This document shows, one piece after another, positions 20,026 to 28,204 of a stretch of 60,446 nucleotides of DNA. The first letter of the stretch is position 1. The number at the start of each line of letters is the position of its first letter. The notes below the pieces were generated by a model. The model had not been told where the DNA came from, searched no databases, and saw only the letters and a list, made by a program, of their open reading frames with translations. Origin of the DNA: an uncultured Dorea sp. GTDB lineage: Bacteria; Bacillota; Clostridia; Lachnospirales; Lachnospiraceae. The position numbers were made by a program, and so were the translations under genes. The stretch covers positions 1-60,446 of the forward strand of contig CATLEM010000001.1 in the NCBI GenBank assembly GCA_949916155.1, written 5' to 3'.

Positions 20026-20128
20026 TCTTTCAGTTCCTACGCTGGCATTATCCAGATCAGGTATAAGAGTCAAAGAAACACTCCATTCTTTATCTCAGCC
20101 GGCTTGCCGCCAGCCCCTCTCTTTCTTC
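20026..20128 (-). ncRNA. TPP riboswitch
   Basis: Minus strand reads GGGGCTGGC...GGCTGAGA...TATACCTGATCTGGATAATGCCAGCGTAGGAA, the canonical THI box, upstream of thiamine transport genes. Confidence 0.96.
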
Positions 20129-20267
20129 ATTCAGTTTTCAAAGCTGCGTACAGCAACATCTCTCTGTACATGCTTTAGTCTACACTCCCGGTCAGAAAAT
20201 GTCAAGCAAATATCGCAAATGGGTGTGAATAGTAGCAATCAGCGATTACTTGTACTCCTTTTGTTCT

Positions 20268-21167
20268 TCAATTTCCTTCTTTATCGCGGGATATGATGTA
20301 TACGCTGTCCGCTGCTTCCTCAGCAGCATCCGCAGCCGTTATCTCTCCTTTGCGCACAGTATTATTCTCCTTTGACCACGCATCCGTTTGTTCGATCTCC
20401 TTTCTCGCTATGCCCTCAACCTCCGGGGGCGCTTTTTCTACTTCCTGCCCTTTTTCCCAGACCTTGATCCGCTTACCGCCTTTCCCTTCCAGGTAAATAG
20501 CCGAATCCTGCCGCTCCCTGATCTCTCCGTCATATTCTTTTATTGTTTTAGAAAGGGGAAAGATAAAGGAACAGCTCTTCATCTGAATAGAGTCCATATC
20601 TAACGGTGCATTTTCAAGCCCAAAAAAGCCTTCGTACTCGCCGGTAAGCTCCTTTTTTTCATTTACAGTCTCCTGCAGATTCCCTGCATAGCACATCCCC
20701 CCGCACTTTTTATCCGGTTCCACCGTAACATACAGATACCCGTTCTGCAGCTCATATATTTCCGTAACCCGGATATCGTCAACCTTAAGCCGGATGTCAA
20801 ATATCGGAATCTTCTCAAGCCACCCTCCCATATAAGAACCGTCAAGCCCTTCCAGCACAAACAGGCCGATAATGACTGCCGCCACTATCCCGGCTACTTT
20901 GCGAGTCTGGCTCTTTGAGATCTCCTTCTTCGTCGCCTTGATGACCGAGACTGCCGCCTCCCTCATCTTTTCCTCGGACAAAAGCCCTTCCTTCTCTTCC
21001 GCGATCTTCTCCTCAGAGATTCCTTCCTTCAGCGCGTCATAATATCCCTGGCACTCCTCACATCCGGCGAGATGCTCTTCCACCAAACTTTTACTCTCCT
21101 CGCTGCACACATCGTCCACATACAGCGGCAGCAAATCTTTATTCACATTACACGGAATCCTGCTCAT
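20268..21167 (-). CDS. Anti-sigma factor with zf-HC2 domain and one TM helix
   Basis: CNVNKDLLPLYVDD...HLAGCEEC (HxxxCxxC); TM segment; directly after an ECF sigma. Confidence 0.92.
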   Translation of the reverse strand: MSRIPCNVNKDLLPLYVDDVCSEESKSLVEEHLAGCEECQGYYDALKEGISEEKIAEEKEGLLSEEKMREAAVSVIKATKKEISKSQTRKVAGIVAAVIIGLFVLEGLDGSYMGGWLEKIPIFDIRLKVDDIRVTEIYELQNGYLYVTVEPDKKCGGMCYAGNLQETVNEKKELTGEYEGFFGLENAPLDMDSIQMKSCSFIFPLSKTIKEYDGEIRERQDSAIYLEGKGGKRIKVWEKGQEVEKAPPEVEGIARKEIEQTDAWSKENNTVRKGEITAADAAEEAADSVYIISRDKEGN

Positions 21168-21179
21168 ATGATACCTCCT

Positions 21180-21668
21180 CTATCTCATCTTCTCCCTGAT
21201 CTTAAGCTTCGCCCTGTGGTACGTGACCCTGGCCCAGCTCTCGCTCTTTTCAAACACCTCCCCGATCTCCCTGAACGACAGCTCTCCCAGCGTTCTTAAG
21301 CCGAACACTTCCTTGTACGGCTCCTCCAGGCAATGAAGCGCTTTATAGATAGAAAGCGCCTCGTCCCGCCGGACAGCCGACGACTCTGCGCTGCCCTCTT
21401 CTGTCCGGCGCTCCTCCGCCAGACTCTTCTTCACGGACTCAAACCGTTTCCTGCGGCGCACGTCGTCGATATACAGATTCTTCGCGATCTGGCAAAGCCA
21501 CGACTTGACCGTACAATTCCCCTTGAACTTATCAACCTCTTTAAGCGCCTTAAAAAACGTTTCCTGGGTGATATCCTCCGCCAGGGACTGATCGCCGCTC
21601 ATCGCAAGCACAAAGAGATACACATCTTTAAAAAACCGTTCATAGATGTCCTCAAAATCTATCTTCAC
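21180..21668 (-). CDS. ECF RNA polymerase sigma factor
   Basis: AEDITQETFFKA, SWLCQIAKN (region 2); ELSFREIG...WARVTYHRAK (region 4). Confidence 0.95.
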   Translation of the reverse strand: MKIDFEDIYERFFKDVYLFVLAMSGDQSLAEDITQETFFKALKEVDKFKGNCTVKSWLCQIAKNLYIDDVRRRKRFESVKKSLAEERRTEEGSAESSAVRRDEALSIYKALHCLEEPYKEVFGLRTLGELSFREIGEVFEKSESWARVTYHRAKLKIREKMR

Positions 21669-21732
21669 TTCATCACCTCTTTTCCCATAAAAGTGTTCGA
21701 AAAAAACAGCTCTCGAAAGTCTATTTGCCTAT

Positions 21733-21760
21733 AAGACGAACGACAGAAAGATTCGTTACA
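21733..21760 (-). promoter_or_regulatory. ECF-type autoregulatory promoter
   Basis: TGTAAC-N16-CGTCTT on the minus strand ~65 bp upstream of the ECF gene; AAC/CGT ECF signature. Confidence 0.75.
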
Positions 21761-21836
21761 ACAATTATGAATGTTTTTCGGATTGCCAGAACATGAAATG
21801 CGGAGCAATCCGTAACATTACATTCTGCTGTATGAC

Positions 21837-21876
21837 AAAAACCGGAAGCCGGACATCCGTCCTGCTCCCGATCTTA
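21837..21876 (-). terminator. Intrinsic terminator after the APC permease
   Basis: ATCGGGAGC-AGGAC-GGAT-GTCC-GGCTTCCGGT followed by TTTT. Confidence 0.6.
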
Positions 21877-21886
21877 TTTTCCTGTA

Positions 21887-23974
21887 TTAAGATTCTGCCG
21901 CTTCTCCTTTTTCCAAAGCTTCCTGCCTGCAAAGCTCCTCAAAATCATGAATCGCATCTTCTGAGCCCATCATCCAGAGCGTATCCCCTGCCTCGATGAT
22001 CGTGCCCGCCGTAGGAAGCTCCAGAATCTTGCTGTAAGGCGTCTTTAAGCCTACGATCAGACAATGATAACGATCCTGGATCCTTGACTCCCGGATCAGC
22101 TTGTCACAGAACGAATCCGTCGGCAATACCTGGTACTCGATACAGCTAAGCGGCGACTGCTTCTCCGTATCTCCGTACCCAAGGAAATCTTTCAAAGACC
22201 CTACGGAATACTTCGCCCCCACATCCTGATAATCCCGGAAACGGTCAAGCGCTTTCGCGACGCCGACCGCAAATACACGGTCGCCGGCAAATACATGGGT
22301 ACTTCCTCCCGGCACGAGGATGATCTCCGTCTTTCTCTCGATCTTTATGATAAATACATTCTGCCGCCGTCCCCAGTAAAGATCCAAAAGCGTCTTGCCT
22401 GCGTAATCCGCGTCCTTCGGAACGACGAAAGACATAACCTTATAATCATCTTCAAAGCTGTCCACAAAACCAGGCATACTGATGGTAGCGTTGGATTCTG
22501 ACATGCTGGCAAAAAGGAAGGTCGCCCGGGTAAGGGTGGAGTACTGCTTTCTCGCGCGGTAGTCCATCAGATAAAGCGTCACTCCCGCGATCATCCACGC
22601 CGCAAAGATCAGTGTCGCCGCGCCGCCCATGAACACCGGCTGTCCCGGCACAAACAAAAGGACAAAAAGGCCCGTCATACACACCGCCGCGAACCATGCC
22701 ATCGGCACCCCTCCGGGAATCTTATACGGCCGCTTTAACGCTGGTTCCTTTTTCCGGAGAATGATCAGAGAAAATGCCGTGATCATCCAGCTCGCCACAT
22801 AACCTGCCGCCGAGAAGCTGGTCAGCGCGCCGATAAGCCCGCTCCCTAAAAACGGCCCGATCAGCGATGCCACCAGGCTGACCTTTAACGCATTCACCGG
22901 CGTCTTATAGACGGGATGCTGCTTCGACAGGCTGAATGGCACGATGCTCACCCTTGCCATCGCCATAAGAATCTGGGACGACGCCATCATAAAACCGTTC
23001 CACGTCGTCAAAAGGCCGCAGACCGCCCCCAGAAGGATCAGCACATACAGGACATTGCCAAGCCCGCCCGGATAAAGTTCCCTGAACATCAGCGCCGCGG
23101 AAGGATTGGAAAACCGGATAAAATTCTTCCACGGAAGCGCGCCGCCCAGAGTAAACAGCAAAAGCGCATAGAACAGACAGGATAAGACTACCGTCACGAC
23201 AACCGTCTTCCCTACTCCCTTTGTATCACCGCCCGCGCTTTCAATCCCCTGGGGAATCGTCTCAAATCCGGCCAAAAAGAACGGCACCGATGCCAGGATC
23301 GAAGCCATGCCCCCTAAAAATGAGCTGTGTGTACCAACCCCTGTATTTTCATAAAAAGGCTGAAGATTCCCGACATCAAATTTGAGCACGGCACAGATCA
23401 TCGCCAGGATGCCGGCGCCCACAAGCGCCATGCAGAGGATCTTCTGCAGCGACGCCGACGATGCCACGCCTTTTCTGTTAATTCCGTAGAGCAGAAGGGA
23501 AATCACCGTTCCCAATATGATATGCCCCACATAGATATCCGCCCCGGCTAGCGAATAAAGCGGCACCCCGGCCTTTAACACCGGGAATACAATACTTAAG
23601 ATATCCACAACATAGATTGCTTCCCACGGAATGATCGTGATAAACGCCCCGAACGCCGCCCAGCCGGAAAGAAAGGCGATGCGGTCCCCGAACGCCCGGA
23701 ACGCATAGGCCATGCCCCCGCCGGACACCGGAAGCATCGTGCACAATTCGCAGTAACACAGCGCGATGGGCACCATAAGCACCATCGCCACCATATAGCC
23801 CGCCGCCGCAGGAAGCGGCCCGCCGCTGCCATTCATCCAGCTATTGATGGAAACCGCCCAGCCCACGCCGACGATCGCGCCGAAACCAATACAGAAAAAA
23901 TCAAGCGCGGATACGCCCTTTTTTTGTTCTGTCCTTTGCTTTGTCTCCTGTCCCATATTCTCATCCCTCTCCAA
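21887..23974 (-). CDS. APC family amino-acid permease fused to two C-terminal TrkA-C (RCK_C) domains
   Basis: IGFGAIVGVGW (TM1), FLAGFE (TM6), LKRPYKIPGG. C-terminal units YAGKTL...IIKIER...PGGSTHVFAGDRVFAVG and CDKLIRES...IVGLK...PTAGTIIEAGDTLWMMG. Confidence 0.88.
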   Translation of the reverse strand: MERDENMGQETKQRTEQKKGVSALDFFCIGFGAIVGVGWAVSINSWMNGSGGPLPAAAGYMVAMVLMVPIALCYCELCTMLPVSGGGMAYAFRAFGDRIAFLSGWAAFGAFITIIPWEAIYVVDILSIVFPVLKAGVPLYSLAGADIYVGHIILGTVISLLLYGINRKGVASSASLQKILCMALVGAGILAMICAVLKFDVGNLQPFYENTGVGTHSSFLGGMASILASVPFFLAGFETIPQGIESAGGDTKGVGKTVVVTVVLSCLFYALLLFTLGGALPWKNFIRFSNPSAALMFRELYPGGLGNVLYVLILLGAVCGLLTTWNGFMMASSQILMAMARVSIVPFSLSKQHPVYKTPVNALKVSLVASLIGPFLGSGLIGALTSFSAAGYVASWMITAFSLIILRKKEPALKRPYKIPGGVPMAWFAAVCMTGLFVLLFVPGQPVFMGGAATLIFAAWMIAGVTLYLMDYRARKQYSTLTRATFLFASMSESNATISMPGFVDSFEDDYKVMSFVVPKDADYAGKTLLDLYWGRRQNVFIIKIERKTEIILVPGGSTHVFAGDRVFAVGVAKALDRFRDYQDVGAKYSVGSLKDFLGYGDTEKQSPLSCIEYQVLPTDSFCDKLIRESRIQDRYHCLIVGLKTPYSKILELPTAGTIIEAGDTLWMMGSEDAIHDFEELCRQEALEKGEAAES

Positions 23975-24433
23975 TTATTTTCATAATAATCAGTATACTC
24001 CCCTGGAATATCAGGATGCAATCAAAATATGCCAAAAAACGCAAAATATTTTTTCAATCATTGATATAATTTTACAATTCCATACCATTTCAAAAATTGC
24101 GGGATATCTTTTTGTACCGTATCACACAGGCACTTCACCCCAAAATCGTTAAACTGAACGGAAACAGCGTTAAAAATTTTTCTAATGCTGTTTACCTTTT
24201 CCAATATAAGATTCACGCCTACACGATATTGCTCTTTTACAGACACTTTTTTATCAACAAGGCTGTTGGCGCATGAATTACGGTATTCTTCTAAACAATA
24301 CAAAACAGCACCCGTCCTGCATTTCATTCTTATACAGATAAAATATTTCCTGTAACCGTATAAGCGTTTCAACATAATTATTCTGTGATAAAAAGAAAGA
24401 ATCACAAAACTCATAAATAATTTTAGGCATTAT

Positions 24434-25918
24434 TTATGGAAGAAGTTCTTTCACCATTTTTGCATCAAAAGTTACAGATTGCACATGGTCTGCCTCTATC
24501 TGATACAGCGCATTGGCAGCGATATGCTCGGCAGCCTGCTCAAGGTCACGGATTCCGCTGGTATCTTTATAGATATCAATAACTGCTTCAAGTCCGTCTG
24601 CAGTTAACCTGCACTCATGCTCATGCATCCCGATCCGCTTCATTACCTTCGGAAGCGCATATCTGGAAAAGATTACTTTCTTTTCCTCCGCCGTATAATC
24701 CGGAAGCTCTATAACCGCAAACCGGGACATAAGCGGCGCGCTGATCTGCGACCGGTCATTTGCTGTCGCGATGGGGTAGACACCTCCTGTCGGAATCATA
24801 CATTCAATATAATTATCCGTAAATCCAAGATTATCAAGCAGCGTCAGAAGTACATCCGCAGGATTGCCGTTCCCTTTTCCTGATGCCGCCTTGTCAAGCT
24901 CATTGATGATAAAGACAAGGTTAGACTCCCCGGCCATGGAAAATGCTTCCATGATGATTCCCGGCTTTGCGTTGGCATAGATCCTGGAACTCCCGGTAAG
25001 CTGTTCCGGATCGTTGATAGAACTCATATCCAGCGTTGTCCACGGGAGCTTTAAGATACGCGCCACCGCATAGGCAATCTGGGACTTTCCGGTTCCTGCC
25101 GGACCGACAAGGAGAAGCCCATATGCCGGCAGGGTATGGGTCCTGTTGATCTGGATGATCGTCTCGATGATCCTCTGCTTCACCCGGTCCATGCCGTAAA
25201 GCTCCTCGTCCAGGATACGGCGCGCTTCCTCCACGTCTATCGTCTCAAAATAATTGCTCTTCCACCGGACATTCATCATAATGGACAGGGCGCGCTGGGC
25301 ATGGCGCCGTTCCTCCTGGGACACTTCATTAGAACGCGCCACGGCCAGATTTCTCCTTGCCCACAGACGGATATTGTCAGGCAGTGTCCTCCCGGCACAG
25401 TTCATAAAATCCGTAATGCTCTGGATACTGGTAAGCTTCATGCTGTCGCCGGTTTCTTCTTTGTCCTCATCCTCAATCTCCTCCTCCGGCGCATGGCTTG
25501 AGAGCAGGCGTTCGATCATAAACTGTAAAAAACCATCCTCCGCCGAAAGCTTCACCGCACCGCCAAAGGCAATCTCCCTGATCTTATATACAATATACCG
25601 ATCCTCCTGAACAGCGCCGGAAAGACGCACATTAATGCGGTTCTCCCCCAGCCATTTCAGGAGGCTTACAAAACGGGCGTCAAGCTGCAAGATATCTGCG
25701 CTCACCGCCCCCTCTTCCCCTTTGAATTCAAATGCCGTCCTGCTCGCCGGATTGGTGAATACCCCGCAGGAATGATGCTTTAATCCCCCATGCCTGTTAT
25801 CCAGGATAAGGAGCGGGCTTTCCACAGATGCTGCCGATTTATTGGTACGGAATACCGTGTATGTACACTCCGGCGCCTTTTCCTTTTCCGGTGAGTTTTT
25901 AAAATCAAATACTGGCAT
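24434..25918 (-). CDS. Lon-like AAA+ ATPase without protease domain
   Basis: ARRILDEELYGMDRVKQRIIE, GPAGTGKS, PGIIMEA, INELDK, NPADVLLTLLD, IATAN, GIRDLEQ match the LonA AAA module. No Ser-Lys protease domain follows. Confidence 0.85.
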   Translation of the reverse strand: MPVFDFKNSPEKEKAPECTYTVFRTNKSAASVESPLLILDNRHGGLKHHSCGVFTNPASRTAFEFKGEEGAVSADILQLDARFVSLLKWLGENRINVRLSGAVQEDRYIVYKIREIAFGGAVKLSAEDGFLQFMIERLLSSHAPEEEIEDEDKEETGDSMKLTSIQSITDFMNCAGRTLPDNIRLWARRNLAVARSNEVSQEERRHAQRALSIMMNVRWKSNYFETIDVEEARRILDEELYGMDRVKQRIIETIIQINRTHTLPAYGLLLVGPAGTGKSQIAYAVARILKLPWTTLDMSSINDPEQLTGSSRIYANAKPGIIMEAFSMAGESNLVFIINELDKAASGKGNGNPADVLLTLLDNLGFTDNYIECMIPTGGVYPIATANDRSQISAPLMSRFAVIELPDYTAEEKKVIFSRYALPKVMKRIGMHEHECRLTADGLEAVIDIYKDTSGIRDLEQAAEHIAANALYQIEADHVQSVTFDAKMVKELLP

Positions 25919-25966
25919 AAAATAATCCTCCTAATTTTCATAAAAATTAGCATATGTTTAAAATAA

Positions 25967-27439
25967 TCAATTTTTGTCTGAACTTTCTCCGTCACACATA
26001 GTTTTAATTTTTATTGCCCTAACAAAATTTTCCTTAAAATTATCAACAGTTTTTTCTGTTGTCAATTTTATTTCTTCTTCTGAATAAAGCTTCCATCTTT
26101 CTTTTGTTTTTATTATTTCTTCATTTCCTGTATACCTGGCAATTACAATCAGTCCCAATACGTTTCCTTTTTTATAGTGGTATGTTGCCACCGGCACAGG
26201 ATTAACATCAACTTCTATTTCTAAATCATATTTTTCTTTATATCCTTCTTCGCAAACTTTTTTCCATGTTTTTAACCCGACTTCGGAAATCTTCTTAATA
26301 CAGCCAAATTCCAAGCCTCTTTCTTCATCTTTGTGAACAAGAATATGACCTGTTTCACAAAAAATAATACATGCAATATGCAATTCCTGTTTCATTACAA
26401 TGTTATTAGAAGGCATTTCGATATCATGTGAATTTTTTAATTTTTCACATAATATTTCAGCTTCCTTTTTTCTATATACATTATTCAAGATGGAGTCTAT
26501 CCGCTCTATTTCAAAACGCTTGTCCGCTTTAAACTGATCGAATCCTGTTTGTTTGATATTGGAATAAGTTTCCAAATCTAACTCATCATAATCTAACAAC
26601 TCTTCAAATTCCTCAAATTTCTGATGGAACATTATAATCGGAACTTTCCGGTTTCTCCAGACGCCTTTCAATAACACAAACGCTGTTATCTTAAAATTTG
26701 CTTTAACTATTTTCTTTTTATCCTCGTCTCCCTGTGCTTCCTTCCAAATCAGCCATGCCAGCAACGGGGAAACTATTACCCGATTCTTAACCGCATATTT
26801 TGCCATTCTAAATCCTTCATCTACTTCCCGCCCCAAAAAGTCTATACGGCCTGAATTAGGCGTGGTAGTTAATGGATGATAAACAATATTTGATACTGCG
26901 CCGCTCCCAGACTGATAACACTCCGCTATCCACATCGTCGTTTTGATTCCTAACGCCGCCAAAATAACATCTTTAATATCCTGACAATGTTTTGTACACA
27001 TCCCGTGGCATTCTTGATTCCCGATTTCCTGCTCTACCTTTTCTGCAACCCTCTTCATCAAGTCTGTAATAGTTATATTCACACTCGTAACCTGTGCATA
27101 TAGCTGTGATAGTTCCGTAATCTGCACATATATCAAAACCTCGTCTCCGATTAATTTCCACAACTTTCTAACACAAGTCGAGTCATCATATTCACTATCA
27201 TGACTTTTATAATTTTCTACACCTAATCTTTGTAATATCTGGCTATAAAAGTTTGTAAACACATTTGCCCACAAGGACGGATGCTCTGCTTTAAATGCCG
27301 TTGAATCTGCCAGGTCAAAAGAAAAAAAGAGAAAAACCCCACTTTTAAAAGTCGGATTTTCCTCATTTTTATTATTCAGTGCATCGCTCAAAAGTGCCGA
27401 TATGTTCTGTCCTAAAACCGTTAATATTGTCTCTACCAT
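25967..27439 (-). CDS. Class III nucleotidyl cyclase-like domain fused to a C-terminal degenerate Nudix-like domain
   Basis: FSFDLADST, WKLIGDEV, DFLGREVDEGFR, VIVS and LKGV occur in the order of the class III cyclase motifs. C-terminal HIACIIF...HILVHK...LEFGC...CEEGYKEKYDLEI resembles a Nudix fold. AT-rich. Confidence 0.72.
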   Translation of the reverse strand: MVETILTVLGQNISALLSDALNNKNEENPTFKSGVFLFFSFDLADSTAFKAEHPSLWANVFTNFYSQILQRLGVENYKSHDSEYDDSTCVRKLWKLIGDEVLIYVQITELSQLYAQVTSVNITITDLMKRVAEKVEQEIGNQECHGMCTKHCQDIKDVILAALGIKTTMWIAECYQSGSGAVSNIVYHPLTTTPNSGRIDFLGREVDEGFRMAKYAVKNRVIVSPLLAWLIWKEAQGDEDKKKIVKANFKITAFVLLKGVWRNRKVPIIMFHQKFEEFEELLDYDELDLETYSNIKQTGFDQFKADKRFEIERIDSILNNVYRKKEAEILCEKLKNSHDIEMPSNNIVMKQELHIACIIFCETGHILVHKDEERGLEFGCIKKISEVGLKTWKKVCEEGYKEKYDLEIEVDVNPVPVATYHYKKGNVLGLIVIARYTGNEEIIKTKERWKLYSEEEIKLTTEKTVDNFKENFVRAIKIKTMCDGESSDKN

Positions 27440-27957
27440 AATTCCAGTACATTTCCCCTCACTGTCGCAGCCTGAACCGAAACATTAAAATATTCCGCCA
27501 TTTTTGTTACATTTATCTTATCTTCTGACATCAATTCCTTACTCTTAACAATAAATGCTTCTTCCGGCATCAACAATGCAGCTGCAAATTCATTAGCCTC
27601 CAACTCCTCCTGTGTTGTCTCCATATTCCTCTGAAAAGTCTCTGCCTGTTTTAAAGTGCCGTCTTTATTTAACAAATGCAAAAAAAGATGCCCCATCTCA
27701 TGTGCGATTGAAAATAATATTCTTGTTTCACATTTATTCCCAAGATATCTTATCTCAAATTTACGTTGTTCATCACTATCATTCACAGTAGTAATCTGAG
27801 CGTCCACCTTTAACTGCCCGGAAGAATCCACAACACATTCTCCATCAAGCTTGTTTATTGCTTCGCATAACGTCTCCAGCGTTATTGGCACATTTAATGA
27901 GAGAGCTGTACGGACAACACCCGCTACTTTATTGATAGAGCTTCTATCTATAGTCAT
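27433..27957 (-). CDS. ImmA/IrrE family Zn metallopeptidase (Peptidase M78), no HTH
   Basis: RILFSIAHEMGHLFLH (HExxH) and ELEANEFAAALLMP. Stop overlaps the start of the cyclase gene (ATGGTAG). Confidence 0.92.
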   Translation of the reverse strand: MTIDRSSINKVAGVVRTALSLNVPITLETLCEAINKLDGECVVDSSGQLKVDAQITTVNDSDEQRKFEIRYLGNKCETRILFSIAHEMGHLFLHLLNKDGTLKQAETFQRNMETTQEELEANEFAAALLMPEEAFIVKSKELMSEDKINVTKMAEYFNVSVQAATVRGNVLELW

Positions 27958-28204
27958 TCAAAATCCCTCCCATCCTTTTTATTTTTAATATATTAACATA
28001 TATCAAATTCTTTCGTCAATATCTCCTGTACCAATTGTTTCACCTTCATACCCGTTTCCTTTTTACTTTATTCCGGAAATAGTCATTCCCTCTTCTGGAG
28101 GATAGCAAAAAACAATTATATAATTCAGATGCCTCCTGATAAATGGCTTTCTGTGTTTCCTCGTCATAGACCAGATATCCCAGGTCATTTTCTCAAATTC
28201 TTTC

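Noticed and set aside
24058-24414. 118-aa ORF between the APC permease and the AAA ATPase
   Set aside because: AT-rich intergenic region; no clear RBS or motif.
25967-27957. Calling the locus Pycsar or CBASS CapH/CapP
   Set aside because: No cNMP-binding TM/TIR effector, no CD-NTase, no HTH partner and no GAF domain on the peptidase.
28045-28200. Short open frames between the pullulanase and the peptidase
   Set aside because: May be a gene remnant but cannot be assigned; not an HTH repressor by eye.
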